From contig DAOTVU010000029.1 in NCBI GenBank assembly GCA_034436215.1, positions 25,007-89,006 of the forward strand: DNA of 64,000 nt, written 5' to 3'. A program made the translations under genes and the position numbers. The notes under the pieces were generated by a model. That model ran no database searches and was not told where the DNA came from. It saw only the letters and a list, made by a program, of their open reading frames with translations. This DNA comes from Dehalococcoidia bacterium (GTDB lineage Bacteria; Chloroflexota; Dehalococcoidia; GIF9; UBA5629). This document shows positions 1-10,855 of the stretch, piece by piece (positions within the stretch are counted from its first letter, which is position 1; the number at the start of each line of letters is the position of its first letter).

Positions 1-950
1 GTGCTGCAACGCTGTTGATACAGAACGGCGCCGTGGCGGGATTGCGTTTTTCAAAAGCTGTGAGCTACGGTAACGCGTTGGATGTAAATGAATGCGAATT
101 ATTACATTATTTTGCGTATGATGATAATACCTCTATCGTTGCTGCGTATTTTGAAGGAACTAAAAACGGGAAAAGCTTCTTCGATGCGTTAAAGACAGTG
201 GCTGATCGTAAACCCGTCATTGTGATAAAAGGCGGCAAGGGAAATGCTGGTTCAAGGGCGGCATCATCGCATACTGCTGCTATTGCAGGAGAACAAGATA
301 TATGGAAAATAGCTTTTAAACAATCAGGGGCAATTGAGGTTGATGACATAGATGAAATGCTGAACCTGCTGATGCTTTTTTATGAACTACCTCCTGTTTA
401 TTGTAATAGGGCCGCTATAATGGGTGGTGGAGGTGGTAAGGCGGTTATTGCTGCTGATCTAGCTGAAGCCGCGGGAATTATTTTACCTCCATTACCGTTT
501 GATATTAAGAATAAATTAAAAGCTATCGTACCAGGATTATGGGACTGGCTCAGCAATCCACTTGATACATCAATTTGGGGGGATGAAGGAATCAAACTTG
601 CTGAAGTACCACGGTTGTTTCTGGAAAGCCCCGATTATGATTTTTTAATAATTCAATCGTCTGAAGATAATCCGATGGCTGATGACATATGGGCATATAT
701 AATGAAAATGAATACAACCATGATATTGAACAATTTTGATAGAAGGGGAAAGCCAATAATTGCTATTATGCCAAGAGTAAAATCTTATGAAAATCCGATG
801 GATAAATTCCGATGGAAGATTATTGAGGAAGAAAAAGCGAAATTGATCAATGCAGGTGTCCCTGTATTCGATTCTATATCAGAGGCTGTTAAAGCACTCA
901 GCAGATATATCAATTACTGGAGAAGACATCAGACAAACATCCATGCATAA
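1..950 (+). CDS. ADP-forming acyl-CoA synthetase alpha-type / CoA-binding protein, C-terminal ~315 aa (5' end lies off the window)
   Basis: The frame is open from base 3 to TAA at 948-950. It carries the phosphohistidine-loop-like GSRAASSHTAAIAG and the glycine loop IMGGGGGKAV. It is collinear with the full-length paralogs at 41792-43237 and 50366-51820. Confidence 0.8.
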   Translation, partial: AATLLIQNGAVAGLRFSKAVSYGNALDVNECELLHYFAYDDNTSIVAAYFEGTKNGKSFFDALKTVADRKPVIVIKGGKGNAGSRAASSHTAAIAGEQDIWKIAFKQSGAIEVDDIDEMLNLLMLFYELPPVYCNRAAIMGGGGGKAVIAADLAEAAGIILPPLPFDIKNKLKAIVPGLWDWLSNPLDTSIWGDEGIKLAEVPRLFLESPDYDFLIIQSSEDNPMADDIWAYIMKMNTTMILNNFDRRGKPIIAIMPRVKSYENPMDKFRWKIIEEEKAKLINAGVPVFDSISEAVKALSRYINYWRRHQTNIHA

Positions 951-2133
951 CGCTAATTATCAAGTATATTTTACCTGTGCACATACAAATGCGCGGTTGG
1001 GTGAGTTAAGGCTTAAACACGGTAATGTTAGCACGCCTGTATTTCTTCCGGTTGGATCGCAGGGAAGTATTCGCAGTTTGACTTCCGACGATCTGGAAAA
1101 AATTGATGTAGAAATGATTTTATGTAATTCATATCATTTATTTTTAAGACCAGGCGTAGCTATTATAGAGAGAGCAGGCGGTTTACATAACTTTATACGA
1201 TGGAATCGACCCATTTTAACCGATAGTGGAGGATATCAGATATTTAGCTTGTCTTCTTTTAATAAAATTAAAGATGATGGTATATATTTCAGGTCACACA
1301 TCGATGGTAGTGAACATTTTATTACTCCCGAGTTATCAATAGATATACAGGAAAAATTTGGAGCTGATATAATAATGGCTCTTGATATATGCCCTCAAAA
1401 TCCCATTAACAGGCGTAATGTTGAATATGCTGTAGAGATTACGTCGCAGTGGGCACAAAGATGTGTGGTTGCAAAACACAATAACGAACAGCTGTTATTT
1501 GGCATTATTCAAGGAGGAATTTATAACGATCTTAGAACAAAATCTGTAGAACAGATAACCTGTTTTGATTTTCCTGGATATGCTATAGGTGGGTTGAGCC
1601 TGGGTGAACCCAAAGCTGACATGTGGTCAGTTGTTGCTCATACTGTTTCTTTAATACCTGTTGATAAGCCGAGATATTTAATGGGTGTTGGATCGCCAGA
1701 GGATATTATAAATGGGGTCAGCATGGGAATCGATATTTTTGATAGCGCATTGCCAACACGTGTTGCCAGAAATGGTGCACTTTTTACAAGAAACGGCAGG
1801 ATAAATATTAAGCGCTCACAATATAGAGATATATTTGACCCGATAGATAAAGATTGCAAATGCTACACCTGCAGAAATTATACGGCAGCGTATTTACACC
1901 ATCTGTTCAAATGCGAGGAATTACTGGCCTATAGATTGGCTACTATTCACAATTTATTTTTTTTAAAAATGTTAATCAATGGGATACGCGATTCAATAAA
2001 AAACGGCAATTTCCCTGAATTCAAGGATAATTTTACCAATAACTATCGTACCACTGATGAAGAATGCAGGATAAATCAGAAGTTACGCGGATTGGAGACA
2101 AAACGGAATCGTATTATCAAGTATTTTCAATAA
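943..2133 (+). CDS. tgt: queuine tRNA-ribosyltransferase
   Basis: 396 aa from ATG 943, which overlaps the upstream stop in ATGCATAA. Motifs seen: TPVFLPVGSQG, TDSGGYQ, GGLSLGE and the zinc site CKCYTC...H. The ORF-track start at 850 is an in-frame extension overlapping the upstream gene. Confidence 0.93.
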   Translation: MHNANYQVYFTCAHTNARLGELRLKHGNVSTPVFLPVGSQGSIRSLTSDDLEKIDVEMILCNSYHLFLRPGVAIIERAGGLHNFIRWNRPILTDSGGYQIFSLSSFNKIKDDGIYFRSHIDGSEHFITPELSIDIQEKFGADIIMALDICPQNPINRRNVEYAVEITSQWAQRCVVAKHNNEQLLFGIIQGGIYNDLRTKSVEQITCFDFPGYAIGGLSLGEPKADMWSVVAHTVSLIPVDKPRYLMGVGSPEDIINGVSMGIDIFDSALPTRVARNGALFTRNGRINIKRSQYRDIFDPIDKDCKCYTCRNYTAAYLHHLFKCEELLAYRLATIHNLFFLKMLINGIRDSIKNGNFPEFKDNFTNNYRTTDEECRINQKLRGLETKRNRIIKYFQ

Positions 2134-2172
2134 TTGACTGTGAATGATAACATAGTATTCCTATTTTACGTG

Positions 2173-2994
2173 ATGGAAGCAATGGATAATAACGAGACAA
2201 TTCTGGATATAAGGGATTTATCTCTCTCCTTCGGCGGTGTAAAAGCGCTGGTCGATGTAGATGTTACTGTCAGAAAAAATGAAATACTTGCTATAATCGG
2301 CCCAAATGGTGCCGGTAAAACCTGTCTCCTCAATTGCATAAATGGATTTTATAAACCGCAAAAAGGCAGTATAAATTTTAAAGGAAAAGAGATATGCGGA
2401 TTACGCTCTGACATTATTGCCAGATTGGGCATTGCTCGCACTTTTCAAAACATAGAATTGTATTCCGGATTAAGCGCGTTGGACAATATTATGGCAGCCA
2501 GGCATGTATTGATGAAGCAAAATATTGTTAGCACCTTTTTATATTTTGGCCCGGCTCATAAAGAAGAAATGGAGCATCGTAAAACGGTTGAAGATATCAT
2601 AGACTTTCTGGAAATAGAGCACATAAGGAAAAGTATTGTAGGCTCTCTACCTTACGGTTTAAGAAAGCGCGTCGAGTTAGGACGTGCGTTAGCACTTGAA
2701 CCGGAATTGTTGCTGCTCGACGAACCGATGGCGGGAATGAATCTCGAAGAAAAAGAGGACATTGCGCGCTTTATTTACGATATATTTGAGGGACAGGGCG
2801 AATCTTACCCACATACTCCTATATTAAAAAATGGCGTGGGTTCGATAGTGCTGATAGAGCATGATATGGGAGTTGTAATGGATCTTGCGGATAGAATTGT
2901 CGTACTGGACTTTGGCAGAAAGATTGCCGAAGGTACTCCAGAAGAGATTGCCACCAACAGACAGGTTATCGCCGCATATCTTGGACAACAATAA
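2173..2994 (+). CDS. branched-chain-amino-acid-type ABC transporter ATP-binding protein (LivG-like)
   Basis: Walker A GPNGAGKT, Walker [13 protein letters not shown] and H-loop LIEHDM. The start is uncertain: ATG 2173, ATG 2182, or TTG 2134 directly after the tgt stop. Confidence 0.85.
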   Translation: MEAMDNNETILDIRDLSLSFGGVKALVDVDVTVRKNEILAIIGPNGAGKTCLLNCINGFYKPQKGSINFKGKEICGLRSDIIARLGIARTFQNIELYSGLSALDNIMAARHVLMKQNIVSTFLYFGPAHKEEMEHRKTVEDIIDFLEIEHIRKSIVGSLPYGLRKRVELGRALALEPELLLLDEPMAGMNLEEKEDIARFIYDIFEGQGESYPHTPILKNGVGSIVLIEHDMGVVMDLADRIVVLDFGRKIAEGTPEEIATNRQVIAAYLGQQ

Positions 2995-3025
2995 TGTTTA
3001 TCCTCACAATTGTCAGCAGTTTTGA

Positions 3026-3817
3026 TTATAGCCAGCGTTTCCGGCGCTTATAATGTTTAATGTCCTTGTAGCTCTTTTTAGCCCCGGTTGCAGATATACC
3101 CATATAGAACTCTTTAACGTCTTCACGCCCTTTTAAATAATCTGCTGACCCATCAAGTACAATCCGTCCGTTTTCCATAACATAGCCGTAATGGGCTGTA
3201 TTTAATGCAACTCTTACATTTTGCTCTACCAGTAAAATCGACGTCTTTCGGTCTTCGTTGAACTTTTTAATTATATCGTAGATCTGTTCAACAACAAGCG
3301 GAGCCAGTCCAAGCGAAGGTTCATCTAACAGCATCAGTAAGGGCGCAGACATCATGGCTCGCCCAATTACTAGCATTTGCTGTTCACCACCCGATAAATA
3401 TCCTGCGATGCTATGTTTCAAGTTTTCAAGTCGGGGAAAGTATTCATAAACCATTTTAATATCTTTTTTTACATCTTTGGATCCAGTACGGCTGAATGCA
3501 CCAACCATTAAATTTTCTTCTACATTCAAATGGCCGAAAACCCTCCTGCCTTCGAGCGCCTGCACGATACCAAGCTTACCGATTTCTACTGAAGACTTTT
3601 TATCGATTCTAATATCATTCCACTCAATACTACCCTCAGTAATTTCTCCTTCTTCAATCCGTAATAAGCCGGAGATTGCTTTTAAAGTCGTAGTCTTGCC
3701 GGCACCATTGGCACCAAGCAAGGCTACGACTTTTCCATCGTCCACAGAAATCGAAATTCCGTGAAGTACTTTTACAACATTGAGATAAATTACCTCAATG
3801 TTATTAAGTTTTAACAT
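3026..3817 (-). CDS. branched-chain-amino-acid-type ABC transporter ATP-binding protein (LivF-like)
   Basis: Walker [10 protein letters not shown], signature LSGGEQQML and Walker [15 protein letters not shown]. It has a basic C-terminal tail, [10 protein letters not shown]. Confidence 0.85.
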   Translation of the reverse strand: MLKLNNIEVIYLNVVKVLHGISISVDDGKVVALLGANGAGKTTTLKAISGLLRIEEGEITEGSIEWNDIRIDKKSSVEIGKLGIVQALEGRRVFGHLNVEENLMVGAFSRTGSKDVKKDIKMVYEYFPRLENLKHSIAGYLSGGEQQMLVIGRAMMSAPLLMLLDEPSLGLAPLVVEQIYDIIKKFNEDRKTSILLVEQNVRVALNTAHYGYVMENGRIVLDGSADYLKGREDVKEFYMGISATGAKKSYKDIKHYKRRKRWL

Positions 3818-3836
3818 TTTACTGAGCTATTCGAAA

Positions 3837-5105
3837 TTATTTTCCGAACCAATCGAATTTATCATATGGGATAAGGGGTGCATCAACCCAGCCGGTTAGA
3901 GATCGCATCTCTCCATTTTTAATCTGGAAAATCTTTACAGATTTAGAACCGCGTTTATCGACTGGGTTGGAAAAGTCAACTGGGCCGTGTAAACCTTCAA
4001 CACTATACCCTTTTACATTAAGAAAACCTTTGGTTTCAACCGCTTGCCATGAACTTGCGTCACCTTTAATCAACGATTCTAGGCCAGCATTTTTAATAGC
4101 CTGTTTGGTAATTTCAGCGGCAATTAAGCTGGAAGCCCAGCCGATAAGATAGTCATTATTACCGGAATACTCGGGATGTCTTGCTTTGCAATATTCCATC
4201 ATTTTAGGCATGCCCGGCACGCTATCTCCCCAGTTAACCGTCGGGTAAACTCCATAAACGTTTTCGCAAACCTCTTTGCCGGCAAGGTCAATGAGTGCTT
4301 TGGTAAAGCTTGCATGAGCACATGCTACCAGAGTATCCGGAATTATCTTTAATTCGGCCGCATTTCTTAATATAATTGCCGTCGGTGCAGGAGTGCTTGA
4401 AATAAAAAGCGCATCCGGGTTTTTTGACTTAATCCTCGTCAATGCATCGATTTCTGAAATTGTAGTCGCTGCATGTTCTTCAGCTGCTATTATTTCAATG
4501 CCCAATTCGTTAGCGATTGCTCTGGCAGCATCCCTGACACCATATCCGGTTGAATTATTAAGTAGCTCAAGAGCCATTTTAGGTTTCCCCGAGCCTTTCC
4601 AGATATTCTGCATATAGTACCGGGCAAAGGCTGCCCAATCATCGCCATAATCGGGTAATTGGGCGTAGATATGTTTGGGTGGATTTGTTAACGATGGTGA
4701 ACTGAAGCAGACCATACCCGGGAATCCGGATGTATTAGCTATATCTTTGGATGCGTTCATGTCCTTTGAAGAGACAACAATAAAGAAAGCACAACCGCCA
4801 TCCCTCAACCTCTTGGCTATGGTAGTGGCTTTAGCTGGATCATATCCAGTATCATACCAGATTGCTTCGAGTTTGATTCCATCCACTCCTCCCAATTCAT
4901 CATTTATATATTTTATAGCATCGAGCTGACCTTGGCCGATTGGGGCGCCCTTTTCTGCAGCTGCCCCTGTAAAAGGAATACTAAAACCGATCTTTAAAGA
5001 CTTGGTTGCAACCGGTGCCTGGGTACTGCATCCGCTAAAGATAGTAAATATGAAGGCGGTTAACACCATAGTTATAATTGTTGACATTACACTTCGCCTT
5101 GTCAT
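3837..5105 (-). CDS. ABC transporter substrate-binding lipoprotein (type I periplasmic-binding fold, LivK family)
   Basis: Signal peptide with lipobox FSGC. LivK-like N-terminal pattern LKIGFSIPFTGAAAEKG...INDELGGVDG. It sits inside the liv permease/ATPase operon. Confidence 0.85.
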   Translation of the reverse strand: MTRRSVMSTIITMVLTAFIFTIFSGCSTQAPVATKSLKIGFSIPFTGAAAEKGAPIGQGQLDAIKYINDELGGVDGIKLEAIWYDTGYDPAKATTIAKRLRDGGCAFFIVVSSKDMNASKDIANTSGFPGMVCFSSPSLTNPPKHIYAQLPDYGDDWAAFARYYMQNIWKGSGKPKMALELLNNSTGYGVRDAARAIANELGIEIIAAEEHAATTISEIDALTRIKSKNPDALFISSTPAPTAIILRNAAELKIIPDTLVACAHASFTKALIDLAGKEVCENVYGVYPTVNWGDSVPGMPKMMEYCKARHPEYSGNNDYLIGWASSLIAAEITKQAIKNAGLESLIKGDASSWQAVETKGFLNVKGYSVEGLHGPVDFSNPVDKRGSKSVKIFQIKNGEMRSLTGWVDAPLIPYDKFDWFGK

Positions 5106-5178
5106 TTACTCCCCCTTTATTTTTTATTTAAAGTGTAAATGGATAGCATTATAACAAATTATGTAGCCATATTTAATT

Positions 5179-6231
5179 CTAATAGGAAAACGGCCATAAG
5201 CGATAGGATGCTTTAAATAGGTTCCATCTGTGAGCTAAACCACGCGGCTCGAAAACCAGAAATATGATCATCATCAACCCGAAAATCATAGAACTCAAAC
5301 CTGTGGCAAAGCCTGTGGGCAGACTGGACAAAGTACCTTCAACCGTTGGAGCAAGCAGTATAACAAACTGCTCCAGCAATCTGATGAATAAAGAGCCAAA
5401 TATAGGCCCTATGGATGTACCCAAACCACCGATTATCAGTATACCGATATATAAAATCGATTGTCCGAAAGTGAAATCCTCAGGCGTGATGCTCCCCCTC
5501 CACTGGGCGAACAGCGAACCAGAGATGCCTGCAAAAAAACATCCTAAAAAGAATGCCAGAAGCTTGTAGGAAAATACATTGATACCCATTACCTCTGCCG
5601 CAAGGTCGTTATCTCGTACAGCAATAAACGCTCTCCCGATCTTGCTTCGAGCCAGGTTTGTGGAGAAAAAAACAGTAAGTGCAGTAATAGATGTAACAAG
5701 ATAGTATTGCATTGTTGAACTGTTAAATACTGTATTGCCAAATGAGGCAGGAGCAACAGCAAGCCCCATAGACCCGTGTGTAACATCGGTCCAGTGATTG
5801 AGGATCCAGATTATTATGAATTGTGCTGCTATAGTTGTTATAGCTAGGTAAAACCCTTTGACACGCAGTGATGGCATTCCAAATAGCAATCCGATTATTC
5901 CAGCAGCGATCCCGGATGCAACCAGCGCTATAAAAAAATTGATCTGAAAATTATTTGTTAATATAGCAGTTGTATAAGAGCCAACCGCTATAAATCCCGC
6001 ATGACCGATAGATAGTTGTCCGCAATATCCTACCATTATATTTAAACCTATTATTGCTATTATTGTTATGCCAATTAATACAATGATATCAACCATAAAT
6101 CCGGACAGGAAAAATGGAATAGATATTAGTACGCATAGGAAAAGGATAAAAATGCACCATTGAGTCCTGGTTCGGATGATGGCTGTGTCGGTATCATAAG
6201 AAAAATTTCGTATCCCGCAGGGTAGATTCAT
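5179..6231 (-). CDS. ABC transporter permease (LivM-like)
   Basis: Polytopic hydrophobic protein with the LivM-type motif GQLSIGHAGF. It is adjacent to a LivH-like gene. Confidence 0.85.
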   Translation of the reverse strand: MNLPCGIRNFSYDTDTAIIRTRTQWCIFILFLCVLISIPFFLSGFMVDIIVLIGITIIAIIGLNIMVGYCGQLSIGHAGFIAVGSYTTAILTNNFQINFFIALVASGIAAGIIGLLFGMPSLRVKGFYLAITTIAAQFIIIWILNHWTDVTHGSMGLAVAPASFGNTVFNSSTMQYYLVTSITALTVFFSTNLARSKIGRAFIAVRDNDLAAEVMGINVFSYKLLAFFLGCFFAGISGSLFAQWRGSITPEDFTFGQSILYIGILIIGGLGTSIGPIFGSLFIRLLEQFVILLAPTVEGTLSSLPTGFATGLSSMIFGLMMIIFLVFEPRGLAHRWNLFKASYRLWPFSY

Positions 6232-6236
6232 CCTTA

Positions 6237-7121
6237 TTAAATCCTCTCTATCCTTTCTTCTCCAAATAAACCATACGGCTTAAATAGTATTACCAGGATA
6301 ATGATGATAAAGGGTATCAGATCTTTTATACCGGGCCCGATAACTTGTGTTAAATATCCAGCACCGATGTTTTCACATAGGCCGATTATAGGGCCAGCAA
6401 TAACACACCCAATAAAAGAATCCATTCCGCCCAATATCACGACAGAAAATGATTTAAATCCTGTTTCAATCAGTGCATTGGTTATTCCTCCGATGCATGA
6501 TATTAATATCCCGCTAATAGCAGCTACAATACAGGCGAAAATCCAAGACATGGAAAAAATCCGATTAATAGGTACCGCACATGCCTGAACCGCTAGTTGA
6601 TCATCCGCTGTTGCTCTCATTGCAATGCCCATTTTGTGAAATTTGAAGAACACTGATAACAATAAAAATAGAAGAAGTGAAATGGCTGTCGCCCATAAAT
6701 ATTCCTGTGAAACAACAGCTGATCCGATATTGACTGAACCTTGGGGGAAAATGGGCGGAAGTTTAGCTACGCTTACAGGCCATATTACAGTCACAAGCCC
6801 TTCTAAGAAATACGCCAGCCCTAATGTCACTGCAATAAGTGAGAGTATAGGTTGACCTATCATGGGTCTTAATATGAGCCTTTCGATCATCCAGCCGAGA
6901 AATATGGCAAATAATATGGTGCATATCAAACCCAGCCAGACAGGGAGCTTAGCCTGAACAAGCATCCCATAGGTAAACCATGAGGATATTAAAACGAGTT
7001 GACCTAGTGCAAGGTTAGCAACCCTTGTTGATTTCCAGATTAGAGCAAAACCGAGAGCAATCAGAGCATAAATCATCCCAACTGCCAGCCCGGTGATTGT
7101 ATATTGGATTAACTGCAGCAT
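6237..7121 (-). CDS. ABC transporter permease (LivH-like)
   Basis: Polytopic hydrophobic 294-aa protein of LivH length with a LivH-like N-terminus (ANLALGQL). It lies 1 nt downstream of the ligase gene. Confidence 0.85.
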   Translation of the reverse strand: MLQLIQYTITGLAVGMIYALIALGFALIWKSTRVANLALGQLVLISSWFTYGMLVQAKLPVWLGLICTILFAIFLGWMIERLILRPMIGQPILSLIAVTLGLAYFLEGLVTVIWPVSVAKLPPIFPQGSVNIGSAVVSQEYLWATAISLLLFLLLSVFFKFHKMGIAMRATADDQLAVQACAVPINRIFSMSWIFACIVAAISGILISCIGGITNALIETGFKSFSVVILGGMDSFIGCVIAGPIIGLCENIGAGYLTQVIGPGIKDLIPFIIIILVILFKPYGLFGEERIERI

Positions 7122-7122
7122 T

Positions 7123-9015
7123 TCAAATATCCCATATTTTTATTTGTGTAGAAACTACACTCTTCCTCCCATCTCTATATGTTATAGATACATCGGCATC
7201 AAGAGAATTTTTATCAGTGTAGATGGCATCGATAACCGACTTGTATCTTAATTCCATAAACTCACGGCGTAGTTTCCTGGTACGTGTGAGTTCGGCTTCA
7301 TCAGGATCGAATTCTTTATGTAACAGTACATATCTTTTTACGCGAGATGCCTCAGGTAAATAATTATTAACCCTCATGATATCTTCTTTAATCAGGTCGG
7401 CAACCTCTTTTTTCTGCGACAGGTCAACAAAAGTAGTATAAGCCAATGATTTTCTTTCAGCCCATTTGCCCACCATAGCAAAATCGATATTGATTATAGC
7501 AGCAACAAATGATTTGTCCTTGCCTCCAATAACCATTGCATCTTTTATGTACGGGCTGAACCTCAATCTGCCTTCTATATATTGTGGTGCATATTTTGTT
7601 CCTGTAATTAAGATCCCCATATGTTCCAGTCTATCAAGAAAAATCAAATGCCCATTTTCGTTAATATTTACGGCATCGCCAGTATAACACCAATTTGACC
7701 TTTTAACCTTTGCAGTCTTTTCGGGCTCATTTAGATACTCTTTGAATAGACAATCACTTCGGACGATTAGCTCGCCCTCATCGGTTAGGCGGACTTCAAC
7801 GCCAACTGCCGGACGACCAACACTCTGGAAGTCAATTTCACCTTTATTATGAGACGAGATGAATCCTGCTTCTGTGCTTGCATATGTCTGACGAAGTTCT
7901 ATACCAATTGCATGTATGAGCCTGAATGTATCCAAACTTAATACGGAACTCCCTGTTACTGCAAATCTAACTTTAGACAGACCAAGCCTGTCTTTTAATG
8001 GTTTAAACAGCAATAAATTTGCTATGTCGTAAAGGATACCCCAGAAAATTCCCGGCCGCATATTCTGAAATTTTAGATCGGCATACTTATAACCTACTGG
8101 CATAAAGAGGTTATAAATAAATCTTTTCAGCGGGTGTGCATCGCTTATTTTAACCTGAATATCACTTACCAGGCCTTCCCATTGTCTGGGCCCGTATATA
8201 ACGAAATTGGGGCCTACTTCGCGCGTATCTTCAGCTATGGTTTCTGGTTCTTCGGCAAAATTCAACCTCGCTCCCGTCAAAATATGCGGAATTGTAGCAA
8301 AATAACTATCACCCACCCATGCTGCAGGGAAATTGGATATCAAATCATCAGTATTTGTTAATGGATAGATACGAATAAAGCTATTTGCTGTAGTTATCAG
8401 GGCACGATGTGTTAGTACGGCTCCTTTTGGTAGACCTGTAGTGCCGGATGTGTAATAAATAAATGCTGGATCATCTGGTTTAATTAGACTGATATTTGTT
8501 TCAAAAAGTCCTGGATTCTCTTTTTCATAGTTTACGCCCATATCGACTACTTTATCGAAATGTGCCAGCAACGGATTGTGATAATTTTGTAAACCTTTGG
8601 GATCCCAGTAGATAATCTTCTTTAAAGTCGGTAGTTCAGAACTGACTTCTAGAAATTTATCTACCTGCTCTTGATCGTTGGCAAAAGCAAAAGTGGCACT
8701 TGAATGATTATAAATATACTTCAACTCTGAAGGAATTGAATCGACGAAAGCACCAGTAGGAATAGCACCGGCCGCTTGAATTGCAAATTCTGCCCAGAAC
8801 CACTCCGGCTCATTATCGCCGATAATGCATACAACATCACCTTTATTCAGTCCTAAATTAATTAATCCCAGAGAAAGATACTTTATCTTATTAAAGTAGT
8901 CTTTCCATGTATATTTATACCATATACCGCGTCTCTTGATGCACATCGCAGTTAAATTACCCCATTTAAGGTAATTTTCTAGAATTAATTGTGGAATCGT
9001 ATATATGTTCGTCAT
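7123..9015 (-). CDS. AMP-forming acyl-CoA synthetase (long-chain-fatty-acid--CoA ligase-like, 630 aa)
   Basis: AMP-binding signature YYTSGTTGLPKGAVLTH and downstream YTGD motif. ATG start at 9013-9015. Confidence 0.85.
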   Translation of the reverse strand: MTNIYTIPQLILENYLKWGNLTAMCIKRRGIWYKYTWKDYFNKIKYLSLGLINLGLNKGDVVCIIGDNEPEWFWAEFAIQAAGAIPTGAFVDSIPSELKYIYNHSSATFAFANDQEQVDKFLEVSSELPTLKKIIYWDPKGLQNYHNPLLAHFDKVVDMGVNYEKENPGLFETNISLIKPDDPAFIYYTSGTTGLPKGAVLTHRALITTANSFIRIYPLTNTDDLISNFPAAWVGDSYFATIPHILTGARLNFAEEPETIAEDTREVGPNFVIYGPRQWEGLVSDIQVKISDAHPLKRFIYNLFMPVGYKYADLKFQNMRPGIFWGILYDIANLLLFKPLKDRLGLSKVRFAVTGSSVLSLDTFRLIHAIGIELRQTYASTEAGFISSHNKGEIDFQSVGRPAVGVEVRLTDEGELIVRSDCLFKEYLNEPEKTAKVKRSNWCYTGDAVNINENGHLIFLDRLEHMGILITGTKYAPQYIEGRLRFSPYIKDAMVIGGKDKSFVAAIINIDFAMVGKWAERKSLAYTTFVDLSQKKEVADLIKEDIMRVNNYLPEASRVKRYVLLHKEFDPDEAELTRTRKLRREFMELRYKSVIDAIYTDKNSLDADVSITYRDGRKSVVSTQIKIWDI

Positions 9016-9060
9016 GTGTTTTTACATGAGATGGTCGATCTGAGAGTTTAAACCGCCCAT

Positions 9061-10275
9061 TTAAGACAGTTTAAACTGCTCAGCAATCTTTCTAAAGCCG
9101 AAGATAGAACGTTCTATGGTACTGCGGTCAACACAATATGATATTCGGAAATATCCTGGAGTGCCGAATCCTCTGCCGGGTACCGTCAGCACATTATGCT
9201 TCTGTAGAGCATGAACAAACTCTACATCATTCTCGATAGGCGTCTTCGGAAACATATAGAATGCACCCTGCGGTTTTACGATCTGATATCCCATTTTAGT
9301 TAAGCTATTATACAAAAAATCTCTCTTTTCTTGATACTCCGGGATGGATACGGTTATATGCTGAAGATGACGAACGATATGTTGCATCAGTGCGGGTGCA
9401 TTTACAAAACCGAGAATCCGATTGCAGAAAATCAGACCGCTAACAAGCTCATTTTTATTTTCAATTTCTGGGTGGACTGCGATATAGCCAATGCGTTCTC
9501 CTGGTAATGCCAGATCCTTAGAATGCGAAGTAGCTATAATAGCTCTGGGGTATAACTTTAGGATTGGTACGTATTCTAAATTATCATATATTAGGCTACT
9601 ATACGCCTCATCACTTATTAAATAAATGTCTGAATTATATTTCTCCTCTTTTTTTATTAGTAATTCACTGATTTCTTCCAATAATTGTTTTGAATAAACT
9701 ACTCCAGTCGGGTTATTAGGGGAATTAATTATCACCGCTTTTGTATGTTTATTAATAAATGAATCCAATTGATTGAGATCCGGTAAAAAATTTTCATCGC
9801 ATCTTACAATAGATGGCCTGCCGCCATGGTTATCAATATAGTTGTCATATTCCATAAAATAGGGTGCAAAAAGTATAACTTCATCGCCAGGATTCAAAAT
9901 AGTCTTCAATATAACATTAATAGCTCCAGCAGCACCGACCGTCATTATGATATCATCAGCCCTGCAGTGTATACCATTTTCCAGTGATACCTGCTTGGCC
10001 ACCGCAGACCGCGTCTCTTCATATCCGGCATTTTCCATATAGCGATGCATACCAGGTAGAGGATTTGCTGCCAGCTCTCTTAAAATCTGCTTGAATTCTT
10101 CAGGTGGTTCGGTAATCGGATTTCCCAATGAGAGGTCGAAGATATTGTCTGGTCCGAATTTTTTCTTAAGCATATTAGCTTCTTCGAACATTCGGCGTGT
10201 CCACGATCCCTCGGCCATCCTTCTCTTAACATTTTCAGATATAGACACTGCTACCAACCTCTCTTCCTCTTTCAA
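9061..10275 (-). CDS. class I/II PLP-dependent aminotransferase (aspartate/aromatic type)
   Basis: Motifs LSLGNP, NSPNNPTG and the PLP-lysine motif SHSKDLALPGERIGY. The start is uncertain: TTG 10275, GTG 10248 preceded by GAGGAAGAGAGG, or ATG 10218. The first two overlap the end of iorB. Confidence 0.85.
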   Translation of the reverse strand: MKEEERLVAVSISENVKRRMAEGSWTRRMFEEANMLKKKFGPDNIFDLSLGNPITEPPEEFKQILRELAANPLPGMHRYMENAGYEETRSAVAKQVSLENGIHCRADDIIMTVGAAGAINVILKTILNPGDEVILFAPYFMEYDNYIDNHGGRPSIVRCDENFLPDLNQLDSFINKHTKAVIINSPNNPTGVVYSKQLLEEISELLIKKEEKYNSDIYLISDEAYSSLIYDNLEYVPILKLYPRAIIATSHSKDLALPGERIGYIAVHPEIENKNELVSGLIFCNRILGFVNAPALMQHIVRHLQHITVSIPEYQEKRDFLYNSLTKMGYQIVKPQGAFYMFPKTPIENDVEFVHALQKHNVLTVPGRGFGTPGYFRISYCVDRSTIERSIFGFRKIAEQFKLS

Positions 10276-10855
10276 ATGCGCGGATGTTTATATCTATTAC
10301 TTTAGGTGGCACATGGCTAGAGATACAATTTTTCCATAGTTTCTCATCGTATTTATACGGCAAAACGATTGACAGAATTCCCAGCATAAATACATTTAAA
10401 ATACGCACATCCCCCAATTTTACAGCTTCTTGTATGCCATCTACCATAAATACCTTTCTGGTCAATCGAAAATAAGAATCCAGAATTGATTGGTCATCCG
10501 GATATTTTGCCATGCCAAGAGAGATCGAAAGGGGAGGCAAAGCATAATTATTTATAATTACAGTACCATTCGGACTGAGATAATTTACCCATCTGGCAGC
10601 TTCTAATTTTTCAAAGGCCATGATGATATCGGCTTCATGTTTACTAACTAATGGTGCATAGACGATGGGGCCAATACGCACGTGGCTTGTAACACTACCT
10701 CCTCTTTGTGCCATCCCCAGCGTATCTGACTTTTTAATATCGTATCCCAGCGCAAGTGCAACCTCGCTAACAATATCGCTGGCTAGAATAGTACCCTGCC
10801 CACCCACGCCTACAAACAAGATATCCTGTTTCCTGTTGATATTAACCTTATTCAT
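10235..10855 (-). CDS. iorB: indolepyruvate:ferredoxin oxidoreductase beta subunit
   Basis: N-terminal ILFVGVGGQGTILAS motif of the 2-oxoacid:Fd oxidoreductase gamma-type domain, at IorB length. Its start overlaps the iorA stop by 4 nt. Confidence 0.85.
   Translation of the reverse strand: MNKVNINRKQDILFVGVGGQGTILASDIVSEVALALGYDIKKSDTLGMAQRGGSVTSHVRIGPIVYAPLVSKHEADIIMAFEKLEAARWVNYLSPNGTVIINNYALPPLSISLGMAKYPDDQSILDSYFRLTRKVFMVDGIQEAVKLGDVRILNVFMLGILSIVLPYKYDEKLWKNCISSHVPPKVIDINIRAFERGREVGSSVYI

Noticed and set aside
850-942. ORF-track N-terminal extension of tgt, with start at 850
   Set aside because: It overlaps the 3' end of the upstream gene in another frame. The residues are not Tgt-like. 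ATG 943 gives a normal Tgt N-terminus and a stop/start overlap.
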